In this document: one piece after another, positions 1 to 8,762 of the stretch
Layout: the number at the start of each line of letters is the position of its first letter
Numbering within the stretch: position 1 is the first letter of the stretch
Origin: Candidatus Iainarchaeum sp.
Lineage (GTDB): Archaea; Iainarchaeota; Iainarchaeia; Iainarchaeales; Iainarchaeaceae
Direction: 5' to 3'
DNA: 20,878 bases
Assembly: GCA_043812975.1 (NCBI GenBank)
Contig: JBDRLP010000049.1
Span: 1 to 20,878 of the forward strand
Made by a program: the position numbers and the translations under genes
The notes under the pieces: generated by a model
Database searches by the model: none
What the model was told of the DNA's origin: nothing
Seen by the model: only the letters and a program-made list of their open reading frames with translations

Positions 1-598
1 AATGATAAACAATCGCTTTTGGATTAAAAACAAGTTTTTTCCCCAGCTTGGCCAATTTATAACTCAGTTCAGGATCCTCTCCTGATGCCTTTGGAAAAGA
101 TTCATCAAAACCGCCCACCTCCAAATAATCTTTTTTTCTATATCCAGCAGAATAACTCCCAATCCAATCAAGTGTTTCTGATTTTCTTTTCATTCTGTCA
201 TACCTTTCCTCAATTTCAATCTGATTGAACCTGGCGGTTATTGATTTTTGTTTTGTATTATAAGCCCCCTGAACCCCGATAATTTCTTTATGCTTAAATG
301 GGGCAGTCATTTCTTTCAGCCAGTTTTGTTCAGGAACACAATCAGCATCAGTAAAAACAAGAATATCCCCTTTTGCATTCTTTGCACCAAGGTTCCTTGC
401 TTTTGCAGGTCCAGAATTTTTTTGTTTTAAAACAACTGCACCCAATTCTTCTGCTGCATCTGATGTTTCATCTTTAGACCCATCATCAACAACAATAATC
501 TCAAAAGGTTCTGAGAAATCCTGATTTCGAATTGCTTCTATACAGTTCCCGATTGTTTTTTCACTATTATAAGCAGGTATTATCACACTGATTTTCAT
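1..598 (-). CDS. GT2 family glycosyltransferase (3' end runs off window; not in ORF track)
   Basis: Manual translation from ATG at 598: MKISVIIPAYNSEKTIGNCIEAI...IIVVDDGSKD...NSGPAKARNLG...LVFTDADC...VGGFDESF...GEDPELSY. These are GT-A/GT2 motifs. The start overlaps the upstream stop as ATGA. Confidence 0.93.
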   Translation of the reverse strand, partial: MKISVIIPAYNSEKTIGNCIEAIRNQDFSEPFEIIVVDDGSKDETSDAAEELGAVVLKQKNSGPAKARNLGAKNAKGDILVFTDADCVPEQNWLKEMTAPFKHKEIIGVQGAYNTKQKSITARFNQIEIEERYDRMKRKSETLDWIGSYSAGYRKKDYLEVGGFDESFPKASGEDPELSYKLAKLGKKLVFNPKAIVYH

Positions 599-1167
599 TT
601 AGTTTTCACAGCCTTTACAATCATCTGTTCCTGTAAGCTTCTTGGCAACAAATAATGTACTATTTTTCTGAATAGAAAACTCCATTTGTTCCGGCTTCCA
701 TAACAGTTTTCATCACTGTACGGTTGGCAAAAAAACTTTTCAACTTTTAACCCGTTCTTTTTCAAAAGTTTTTCAAGTTGAGGATAATTAAACAAATTAA
801 TATGAATCGGAGTTTCGTATGATTTAAAAATTCTGTTCACAAGACTTTTTCTGTTTGGAGTCGTCAAAACTAGTGACCCGTTTTTTCTCAACACTCTATT
901 TGTTTCTTTCAAAAAAAGTTCGGGCTTTTCAAGATGTTCTATTAATTCACCGGCAAAAACCGAATCAAATTCATTTTCTTCGAAAGGTATTTTCTCAGCA
1001 CTTGCATTTTTGTAATTAGGTGTGTTTTTCTTTGTTTCAATATCGATTCCAAAAATATTTTCTTTTCCAAATTTTTCAATAAACTTTTGATGTATGCCGC
1101 CTACACTATAACCAATATCTAAAATCTTCCCGTTAAGGTTTTTCAAGGCAAATTCGACTCTTTCCAT
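595..1167 (-). CDS. Class I SAM-dependent methyltransferase (Methyltransf_11-like)
   Basis: KILDIGYSVG motif I variant, GIDI, SAEKIPF...FDSVFAGELIEHL, LRKNGSLVLTTPN. Confidence 0.88.
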   Translation of the reverse strand: MERVEFALKNLNGKILDIGYSVGGIHQKFIEKFGKENIFGIDIETKKNTPNYKNASAEKIPFEENEFDSVFAGELIEHLEKPELFLKETNRVLRKNGSLVLTTPNRKSLVNRIFKSYETPIHINLFNYPQLEKLLKKNGLKVEKFFCQPYSDENCYGSRNKWSFLFRKIVHYLLPRSLQEQMIVKAVKTK

Positions 1168-1177
1168 TTGAACACGT

Positions 1178-2665
1178 TCACTTTACCTGCTTTTCAGCAG
1201 CTTTCTTTTTTAATGAATCAATATCGAATAAGTACTTTAAGAATGTTCTTCCGCCTTTCAAAAGACGCGGAGCTTCTTCAGGTCTCGTCAAAGCAAGTTT
1301 GAGTCTCCCGAGTATATATGAGGGGCGCATATAGAATTCATTTCTTGCCCAGTCACAACCTGCAACAAGTTCTTCAGGCGAAAGATCTTCTGTGTGAATA
1401 ATTGTATTATGAGTTCCATCTTCCTTCAACCATTCACTCCATCTTTCAGTGGTTAAATAATTGTTTTGCTGTGCCCATTTGAATGCTTCTGTTCCAGGGT
1501 AAACCATTAAAGGAAAGAATTGTGCGGTATCAGGCTCTAATTTTTTTGCCCATTCAACTGTTTTTTTGATTGTTTCCTTTGTTTCTCCTCTGTTACCAAG
1601 CATGAAGCATCCGTGCACGAGTATTTTTGCTTTTTTAGAATCTTCCATAAACTGTTCAATCTTTTCGATTTTTGTGCCTTTCTTAATATTATTGAGAATG
1701 CTTTGGTCTGCACTTTCAAAACCAACACACATCAATCTACAACCTGCTTTTTTCATCCATTGCATGGTTTCCAAATCAATATCTGCTCTTGAGTTGCAGG
1801 TCCACTTGATTTTCAATTTGCGTTTAATTATTTCTTTGCAAAGCTGAATGGTTCTTTCTTTGTCTTGTGTAAGTGTGTCATCCTCAATCATAATGTCTTT
1901 TACTTGTGGCGTGTTTTTGATAATCCACTCAAATTCATCCACGACATTGTTCACGCTTCTTGGTCTGTACCCTCTGCCGGTTAGGGTTTGGGGCCACAAA
2001 CAAAAAGTGCAACGATATTTGCAGCCTCTTCCAGTAATAATCGTTATCTCTGGAAAAAGAACACTTGGGTAAAAATAATCTTCAACTTTCAAATGTTTCT
2101 TGTATACTTCACTCACGAATGGCATTTTATCAAGTTCAGGCGGTTCTATTGGAGGCATGTCTGGGTTGTTTACAATTTTTTCTGTACTTCTGTAGCTCAA
2201 ACCATTTACTTTGCTCAATGGGGTTTTATCTTTGAGTGCTTTTGCGAGATCTCTTACAATAAAATCAAATTCGCCTCTTGCAATTGCATCTACTTGGTTG
2301 CTTTCTTTCAGAGTTTCTTCAGGCAAAACACCAACATGCGTACCAACCATTAATGCAAATGCTTTTGGGTTTACTTCTTTTAATGATTCAACAACTTTCA
2401 AATCAACTTCGTAAGATGCAGTGGAAGAATCAACAACCATCAAATCAGGATTCCATTCCTTAACTAGCTCGATGACATCCTCAATACTTTTCCCCGTAGC
2501 AGGAGCATCAATTAGTTTTACCTCAAATCCTTCTTGTTCAAGAACCCCTGTTGTGTAAGCCATCCAAATTGGGAAGTAAATACAACCACCTTTGCTGATA
2601 GCCGGGCTTCTGGATGTTCTTGAGAACTTGTAAAGGAACGGTGGGTTTAACATCAATACTTTCAT
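1178..2665 (-). CDS. B12-binding-domain radical SAM protein, HpnJ-like
   Basis: CxxxCxxC in GRGCKYRCTFCLWPQT (2000-2023). N-terminal cobalamin-binding-like domain (LIDAPA...VGTH...ARGEFD), plus EDDT, VGFESA, HGCFMLG..GET and PGT motifs. Start placed at ATG 2665 (MKVLMLNPP), preceded by GGTGA at 2671-2675; the ORF track starts at TTG 2683. Confidence 0.9.
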   Translation of the reverse strand: MKVLMLNPPFLYKFSRTSRSPAISKGGCIYFPIWMAYTTGVLEQEGFEVKLIDAPATGKSIEDVIELVKEWNPDLMVVDSSTASYEVDLKVVESLKEVNPKAFALMVGTHVGVLPEETLKESNQVDAIARGEFDFIVRDLAKALKDKTPLSKVNGLSYRSTEKIVNNPDMPPIEPPELDKMPFVSEVYKKHLKVEDYFYPSVLFPEITIITGRGCKYRCTFCLWPQTLTGRGYRPRSVNNVVDEFEWIIKNTPQVKDIMIEDDTLTQDKERTIQLCKEIIKRKLKIKWTCNSRADIDLETMQWMKKAGCRLMCVGFESADQSILNNIKKGTKIEKIEQFMEDSKKAKILVHGCFMLGNRGETKETIKKTVEWAKKLEPDTAQFFPLMVYPGTEAFKWAQQNNYLTTERWSEWLKEDGTHNTIIHTEDLSPEELVAGCDWARNEFYMRPSYILGRLKLALTRPEEAPRLLKGGRTFLKYLFDIDSLKKKAAEKQVK

Positions 2666-2762
2666 CTTTTTCACCAAAAACAAAACAATGGAATTTTAGT
2701 TATTTAATTGTTATTAATTGTTAATTTGCAGTTATAAAGGCGTTTTTGGTACAAATACCAGT

Positions 2763-3482
2763 TCACTTGTTTTCCCCAACAAACTTGTTAACTCTTAATA
2801 ATTCGTCAAAGGAACCAGCGTCAAGCCATTCTTCTTTAAGTTTGCTGGCCTTCAAAGAACCCTCTTTTATGTAGAAGTTATGCAGGTCGCTAATCTCAAG
2901 TTCACCTCTTGCACTTGGTTTTAGGCCTTTAATTAATTCAAACACGTGTGAAGTGTACATGTAAACCCCAATAGCAACCCAATTTGTCGGAGGATTCTTT
3001 GGTTTTTCAACAACCTCAATAACATTTTCCCCATCAAGCACAGCTACTCCTGCTTTTGAGGCCTCTTCTTTTGTTGTTTCGTAAATTAAAATCCTTGATT
3101 TTTCTTTTCCTTTATCAAATTCTTCCACAAACGGTTTTATATTTTCAAAAAGAATATTATCCCCATTAATTGAAACAAATTTATCTTTGCCAACAAATTC
3201 TTTTGCAAGACCAATTGCCTGTGGCAATCCTCCAGCTTCATCCTGAACTCTAAAAGTAAAATTTACTCCAAAATCTTTTCCTGAACCGAGCAGTCCAAAA
3301 ATTGATCCTGCGTGATGAGTTCCTGTAATAACAAGAATATCTTTTATTCCAGCATCCTTCAAAGTCTGAATTGGATAATAAATCATTGGCTTGTCATAAA
3401 TTGGAAGCAAGTGTTTGTTTGTTGTTGCAGTTAATGGAAGTAATCTTGATCCTGTTCCGCCTGCCAGAATAACCCCTTTCAT
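2763..3482 (-). CDS. rmlA: Glucose-1-phosphate thymidylyltransferase (short RmlA/SpsI type)
   Basis: MKGVILAGGTGSRLLPLT..NKHLLPIYDKPMIYYP, VEKP, KPSARGELEISD, WLDAG. Same operon as rmlB. Confidence 0.9.
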   Translation of the reverse strand: MKGVILAGGTGSRLLPLTATTNKHLLPIYDKPMIYYPIQTLKDAGIKDILVITGTHHAGSIFGLLGSGKDFGVNFTFRVQDEAGGLPQAIGLAKEFVGKDKFVSINGDNILFENIKPFVEEFDKGKEKSRILIYETTKEEASKAGVAVLDGENVIEVVEKPKNPPTNWVAIGVYMYTSHVFELIKGLKPSARGELEISDLHNFYIKEGSLKASKLKEEWLDAGSFDELLRVNKFVGENK

Positions 3483-3994
3483 TTTTTCACTCCTTTTTTG
3501 CTCATTCTAGATTGTTGTTTTTCAAATAATATAATAGATATTGATTCAAATAATGGAATAGAAAGGTGAAAACAGTGAATTGTTTCATCTAAATGAAAAA
3601 TTCTTTTAAGAGTCTCAGGAGTATATGGTCTTATATGATCGGGCTGATCCCAAAAATGAACGCTAGGGTAAGGGGTTATTATGCAGACATATTTTTTTGA
3701 AAGTCCGAATAATTCTTCTGCAAATTTTTCTGGTTCTTTCAGGTGTTCAATAACATGTGCTGAATAAACCAAATCAAAACTATTTTTTTTGAGATTATTT
3801 TTAAAAATATCCATTTTTATAATATCTTTTCTTGTAGGCGCAAGATCAATAGCGGTTACTTTTTTCCCTCTTGATTCAAAATAATCTATCATTTTTCCGT
3901 TTCCTGAGCCTACATCTAAAACTGTTTTGAAATCAAGTCCTCTAAAAAGTGAATCATAAAAAAGTGTATCAATTAATTTTTGTCTTAAAGACAT
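3479..3994 (-). CDS. Class I SAM-dependent methyltransferase
   Basis: VLDVGSGNG, FDLVYSAHVIEHL, FWDQPDHIRPYT. Coupled to rmlB (TAATG) and rmlA (ATGA); GGTGA at 4001-4005. Confidence 0.88.
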   Translation of the reverse strand: MSLRQKLIDTLFYDSLFRGLDFKTVLDVGSGNGKMIDYFESRGKKVTAIDLAPTRKDIIKMDIFKNNLKKNSFDLVYSAHVIEHLKEPEKFAEELFGLSKKYVCIITPYPSVHFWDQPDHIRPYTPETLKRIFHLDETIHCFHLSIPLFESISIILFEKQQSRMSKKGVKK

Positions 3995-4953
3995 TATTTG
4001 TCACCTTTCAATGGTTTCCACCACCACTCATTTTGTTTATACCAATCAACTGTTTCTTTTAATCCTTCTTCGAAATTCTTTTCTGGTTTCCATCCAAGCA
4101 CCTCGAGTTTTGAACTGTTTAAGCTATACCTAAGATCATGCCCTTTTCTATCCTCAACATGTTCAATCATTTCATTCCCTTTACCCATTGCTTTGAGAAT
4201 TCTTTTTGTCAATTCAATATTGCTTAATTCATTACCGCCATCTACATTGTAAATTTCTCCTTTTTTTCCTTTCTCTCCTGCAGTTAATATTCCTCTGCAG
4301 TTATCCTCAACAAAAAGCCAGTCTCGAATATTTTCTCCAGTGCCATATAGAGGAACTTTTTTTCCTTCCATCAAATTAGTTACAAACAATGGAATCACTT
4401 TTTCAGGATACTGATATGGTCCATAATTATTTGAACTTCGGGTAACAACAATATCCATCTCGTAAGTGTTAGCGTAACTCAAAGCAAGAAGGTCGCTTGC
4501 TGCCTTGGATGCAGAGTAAGGATTTCTTGGTTCTAAAATATCTTTTTCAGTACTCTTGCCTGTTTCCACCGAACCATAAACTTCATCAGTGGAGACATGA
4601 ACAAATCTCTCAATGTTTTGTTCTCTTGCAACATCGAGCAAAGTTTTTGTCCCATAAACATTAGTTTTGATGAAAGGATCTGAATCATTAATTGAATTAT
4701 CAACATGGCTTTCTGCAGCAAAATGGAAAACAGTATCAATTCCGTCCATTGCTTTTTCAACATCTTTCTTGATTGTAATGTCGCCTTTTACAAAAGTATA
4801 TCTTTTATTATCTGCAATATCCTTAAGATTTTTCGGGTTTCCCGCATAAGTAAGCAAATCCAGATTAACTATTTCATAATCTGTTTCTTTCAGGAGCATT
4901 CTTATAAAATTGCTTCCAATAAAACCGCAACCGCCAGTAACCAATACCTTCAT
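3994..4953 (-). CDS. rmlB: dTDP-glucose 4,6-dehydratase
   Basis: MKVLVTGGCGFIGSNF, DLLTYAGN, FAAESHVD, STDEVYG, YSASKA, NNYGPYQYPEK, RDWLFVED, DRKGHDLRY. ATG 4953 preferred over TTG 4962. Confidence 0.95.
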   Translation of the reverse strand: MKVLVTGGCGFIGSNFIRMLLKETDYEIVNLDLLTYAGNPKNLKDIADNKRYTFVKGDITIKKDVEKAMDGIDTVFHFAAESHVDNSINDSDPFIKTNVYGTKTLLDVAREQNIERFVHVSTDEVYGSVETGKSTEKDILEPRNPYSASKAASDLLALSYANTYEMDIVVTRSSNNYGPYQYPEKVIPLFVTNLMEGKKVPLYGTGENIRDWLFVEDNCRGILTAGEKGKKGEIYNVDGGNELSNIELTKRILKAMGKGNEMIEHVEDRKGHDLRYSLNSSKLEVLGWKPEKNFEEGLKETVDWYKQNEWWWKPLKGDK

Positions 4954-5078
4954 AATAACCAAATAGCCTAGTTAACATTAAAAATAGTTCAAATGAGCTT
5001 TAAAATATAGTTGGTGCAATTTTAGATTTGTTATATTACTATTAAGATTAAAAATTGTTTTCAATCTGATTTAATGTT

Positions 5079-6170
5079 ATGATTCCGATTTCGAAACCTT
5101 TTCTTGAGGGAAATGAATTAAAATATGTTACTGAGGCAGTTGAATCAAACTGGGTTTCATCAATAGGAAAGTACATTCCTTTGTTTGAAGAAAGTTTTGC
5201 TTCTTTTATAGGTTCTAAATTCGGAGTTGCTGTTTCGAATGGCACGGTTGCACTTCATTTAGGTCTTGAAGCTCTTGGTATTGGAAAAGGTGATGAGGTT
5301 ATTGTGCCTGATTTGACTTTTGTTGCTTCGCCAAATTCTATTATTTACACTGGCGCCAAGCCGGTTTTTGCCGATGTTTCAAAAGAAAACTGGAACATTG
5401 ATCCTGAAGCAATAAGAAAGAAAATAACAAAAAAAACCAAAGCAATAATGCCGGTTCATCTTTATGGTGCTCCGTGTAAAATGGATGAAATAATGGAAAT
5501 CGCAAACGAAAATGATTTGAAAGTTATTGAGGATTGTGCAGAGTCCCATGGTGCAGAATTTAATGGGAAAAAATTGGGTTCTTTTGGCGACTGTGGTACC
5601 TTCAGCTTTTACGGAAATAAGATAATGACTTCTGGTGAAGGTGGTATTGTTACAACTAACAATGAGGAGCTTACTGAAAAAATGATGCTACTTCGCGACC
5701 ATGCCATGAGCAAAAAAAAGAGATATTGGCATGAAGTAGTAGGATTTAATTACCGAATTACAAATCTCCAGGCTGCCATTGGTCTTGCACAAACTGAAAA
5801 AATAAATTTTCTTATTGAAAGAAGAGCTGAGATTGCAGAGAAATATAATTCTTTGCTTAAAGATGTAAAAGGCATTACTCTTCAGAAAGAAATCCCAAAT
5901 ACAAAAAATGTCTGCTGGCTTTATTCTGTTTTGATTGAAGATGAATTCGGAAAAAGCAGGAATGAAGTAATGAAACTTCTTGCCGAAAAGGGAATTGACT
6001 CAAGGCCGTTTTTTTATCCTTGCCATACAATGCCCCCCTACAAGAAAAAAGAATCTTTTCCAATAAGCGAAAATCTTTCTTTGAAAGGAATGAACTTACC
6101 AACCTTTATAGGGTTGAAGGACGAGGAAATAGAGTTTATTGCAGATACAATTATTTCTCTTAAGGAATAG
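5079..6170 (+). CDS. DegT/DnrJ/EryC1/StrS PLP-dependent sugar aminotransferase (perosamine-synthase-like)
   Basis: WVSSIG, SNGTVALHL, PVHLYG, IEDCAESHG, SFYGNKIMTSGEGG with catalytic Lys (codon 5619-5621), GFNYRITNLQAAIG. Confidence 0.93.
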   Translation: MIPISKPFLEGNELKYVTEAVESNWVSSIGKYIPLFEESFASFIGSKFGVAVSNGTVALHLGLEALGIGKGDEVIVPDLTFVASPNSIIYTGAKPVFADVSKENWNIDPEAIRKKITKKTKAIMPVHLYGAPCKMDEIMEIANENDLKVIEDCAESHGAEFNGKKLGSFGDCGTFSFYGNKIMTSGEGGIVTTNNEELTEKMMLLRDHAMSKKKRYWHEVVGFNYRITNLQAAIGLAQTEKINFLIERRAEIAEKYNSLLKDVKGITLQKEIPNTKNVCWLYSVLIEDEFGKSRNEVMKLLAEKGIDSRPFFYPCHTMPPYKKKESFPISENLSLKGMNLPTFIGLKDEEIEFIADTIISLKE

Positions 6171-6256
6171 AATTTAATTAGTAATTTATTTTCCTTTAAA
6201 TTTGGCTAAGTTTTTATAATGTCTATGCAATATTTTTAGTATAAGTTTTTATTGAA

Positions 6257-6808
6257 GTGATTAGAATGGGTGTGCAGGTTGGAATATTAAGCAATTTTTT
6301 GCTGAGGCAAAGAAATTCACTTGCGGCCAAATATGTTAAAGGAAAAATGCTGGATGTTGGCTGTAATGAAGGTGAATTTCGAAAATTCATTTTGCCAAAT
6401 ACTAATTATTTTGGAATAGATATTAACCCTAAACCAAAAAAAGTAAATTTTCCTTTTAAACAATTGAGTGTGGAAAATAATTTAGAACAACTCGGGAAAT
6501 TTGATTCAGTAACATTAATAGCACTGATTGAACATTTAAAAAAACCAGAAAAAGCAATTAAAAATGTTCACAAAATCCTGAACAAAAAAGGAAGAATAAT
6601 AATAACAACTCCGTCAAAAATCGGTGATAAAATCCATTCTATTACTAGTACTATTGGTCTAGTTTCAAAATTTGCAGCTGAGGATCATCAAAAGATTTTT
6701 TCCCTTGAAGAATTGGAGTTTCTTCTGAAAAACCAAGGATTTAAGATTATTGAATCAAAAACATTTTTTTTTGGTTTAAATTTATTAGTAGTCGGAGAAA
6801 TCGAATAA
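6257..6808 (+). CDS. Class I SAM-dependent methyltransferase
   Basis: MLDVGCNEG, YFGIDI, FDSVTLIALIEHL, LNKKGRIIITTP. Start uncertain (GTG 6257 or ATG 6266). Confidence 0.85.
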   Translation: MIRMGVQVGILSNFLLRQRNSLAAKYVKGKMLDVGCNEGEFRKFILPNTNYFGIDINPKPKKVNFPFKQLSVENNLEQLGKFDSVTLIALIEHLKKPEKAIKNVHKILNKKGRIIITTPSKIGDKIHSITSTIGLVSKFAAEDHQKIFSLEELEFLLKNQGFKIIESKTFFFGLNLLVVGEIE

Positions 6809-6877
6809 TCTGATTTGAACCAATTATTTTAAATAATTGGATTTATACTATTATTCTAGGTTGGTTAGTGGATTTCA

Positions 6878-7810
6878 ATGGAACTTGTAATAACAATCCC
6901 TGCATATAATGAGGAAAAATCTGTCGGAAATGTAATTTCTGAAATCCCTTCAAAAATAAAAGGAATAAATAAAATCACTGTTTTGGTTATTGATGACGGT
7001 TCAACTGACCAAACAGTAAAAGTTGCTTGTGAAAAAAAAGCAGTTGTTATTTCTAACAAAGTCAATAAAGGTCTGGCTTTCAGTTTCAAAAGAGGTCTTG
7101 AAACAGCTCTTTCTATGGGTGCTGATATAATAGTAAATACTGATGCAGATTTTCAGTATAATCAAAAACAAATTCCTTTGCTTGTTGAACCGATTTTAAG
7201 CGGTGAAGCGGATCTTGTTCTTGGTTCAAGGTTTAAGGGTTCTATAGAAGAAATGCCGATACAAAAAAAATTTGGAAATATTTTTGCTTCAAAAGTGCTG
7301 AGTTTTTTGTGCGGAAAAAAAATCTCCGATGGTCAGACAGGATTCAGGGCTTTTAGCAGAGAGGCAGCATCAAGAATTAATCTTTTTTCTAATTATACTT
7401 ACACTCAGGAGAGTATTCTTCAGGCGATTGATAAGGGGATTCATATAAAGGAAGTGCCTGTCGATTTCAGAAAAAGGAACGGAGAATCAAGACTTATTTC
7501 AAATATTTGGGTTTATGCATTCAACTCAGTAAAAATGATTTTTTATTATTTCCTTTATTACAAACCAATGAAGCTATTTGCGATTCTTTCAATTGGTGTT
7601 TTACTAATTGGTTTGAATTTTGGTTTAAAAGTCATGGCTCATTATTTACAAACAGGTTTGGTTTCCCCATATATCCCAAGTGCGGGAATATTTGCTTTTT
7701 CAATAATCTTAAGTGCCCAACTAATTTTATTTGGTTTACTTTCCGAATCACAAAAAGTCAATAGGCATGTTAATGAAGAGCTTCTTTATCTTCAGAAAAT
7801 AAAAAAATGA
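6878..7810 (+). CDS. GT2 polyprenol-phosphate glycosyltransferase (DPM1/AglD/AglJ-like) with two C-terminal TM helices
   Basis: IPAYNEE, IDDGSTD, NKGLA, NTDADFQY, DLVLGSRF, DGQTGFRAF, RKRNGESRL, then two hydrophobic helices. Confidence 0.9.
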   Translation: MELVITIPAYNEEKSVGNVISEIPSKIKGINKITVLVIDDGSTDQTVKVACEKKAVVISNKVNKGLAFSFKRGLETALSMGADIIVNTDADFQYNQKQIPLLVEPILSGEADLVLGSRFKGSIEEMPIQKKFGNIFASKVLSFLCGKKISDGQTGFRAFSREAASRINLFSNYTYTQESILQAIDKGIHIKEVPVDFRKRNGESRLISNIWVYAFNSVKMIFYYFLYYKPMKLFAILSIGVLLIGLNFGLKVMAHYLQTGLVSPYIPSAGIFAFSIILSAQLILFGLLSESQKVNRHVNEELLYLQKIKK

Positions 7811-7826
7811 ATTTAGAAAAATGAGT

Positions 7827-8762
7827 TCATTTCATTGATTCTTTTAAAATAATTAACCCTGCAATTGAGTAATCAAACAGAACTGAAATTAAAGCTGCAG
7901 AACCTGCAATTTCAATAGGGATTCCTTGTAAGCCTAAAAGATAAATGAACATTCCTTCTCTGAAACCAAGCCCTGAGAAAGTTATTGGTATTAGAGAAAC
8001 GATTGTGCCGATTGTCACAATAAAAATAAGTGCAAAGAAATCAATCCCGAGGCCGAATCCGTTCAGTATAAAGTAAAAAACTAGTGTTTGTAATGCAATT
8101 CTTAAGAGTGTAAGAAAAAAGTTCAATAAGAGTGAAACCTTGTTTGAATAAACTTTTTTCAGAGGTTTTGAAAATTTAATGAACTGCTGTGAAATTTTTT
8201 CAGGCAGATATTTTTCCGCTAATCCAAGTCCAAATTCCAATGATGCTACTATGATGCCTACCCATAACAAAATTAGAAAAATTACTGTGCTGTTTAACTC
8301 GCTAGTTGTAAGAAATAATATACCAATCGTGCTGATTGCAAGAATAATAAGCAAGGTTAACGCTTTGTCCATAGTTACAATTGCTATTCCTTCCCCAAGC
8401 GAAAAACTATTTTTTTTCAGCATTGAACCGTATGAAAAATCCCCAAGTTTGCCCGGTAAAACAAAACCAATAGCCCATGCAACATAAGAGTAACGAAACA
8501 CTTCTGAAAATTTCACATCCCCTATATTTTTTGTTAAAATGAAAAGGTTAATCGCATTTATTATCAGTATTAAAGCAAAAATTAAAATCATCCAGAATAG
8601 CACTAAAAAATTAAAGTCTTTTAAAGAACCAATGATTTTCTCAAAGCCAATGAGGTTAAACACAATAGCCAGAATTATAATGCTGAACAAAAGCTTCACA
8701 TTTCTGGGGATTGAGATTCCTTTTATTTTTTCAAAAATATCTTTTCTTTTTCCACGTTCCAT
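7827..8762 (-). CDS. UPF0104 / LPG-synthase TM domain (AglD2-like putative flippase)
   Basis: Multi-pass membrane protein with family motifs LPGKLGD and SLIPITFSGLGFREG. The start overlaps the GT4 3' end by 40 nt. Confidence 0.82.
   Translation of the reverse strand: MERGKRKDIFEKIKGISIPRNVKLLFSIIILAIVFNLIGFEKIIGSLKDFNFLVLFWMILIFALILIINAINLFILTKNIGDVKFSEVFRYSYVAWAIGFVLPGKLGDFSYGSMLKKNSFSLGEGIAIVTMDKALTLLIILAISTIGILFLTTSELNSTVIFLILLWVGIIVASLEFGLGLAEKYLPEKISQQFIKFSKPLKKVYSNKVSLLLNFFLTLLRIALQTLVFYFILNGFGLGIDFFALIFIVTIGTIVSLIPITFSGLGFREGMFIYLLGLQGIPIEIAGSAALISVLFDYSIAGLIILKESMK

Noticed and set aside
1178..2665. Hopanoid biosynthesis cluster
   Set aside because: No squalene-hopene cyclase or other hpn genes are present, and the context is archaeal glycosylation.
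2747..2760. TGGTA-CAAA-TACCA hairpin after rmlA as a terminator
   Set aside because: Only a 5-bp weak stem with no U-tract on the coding strand.
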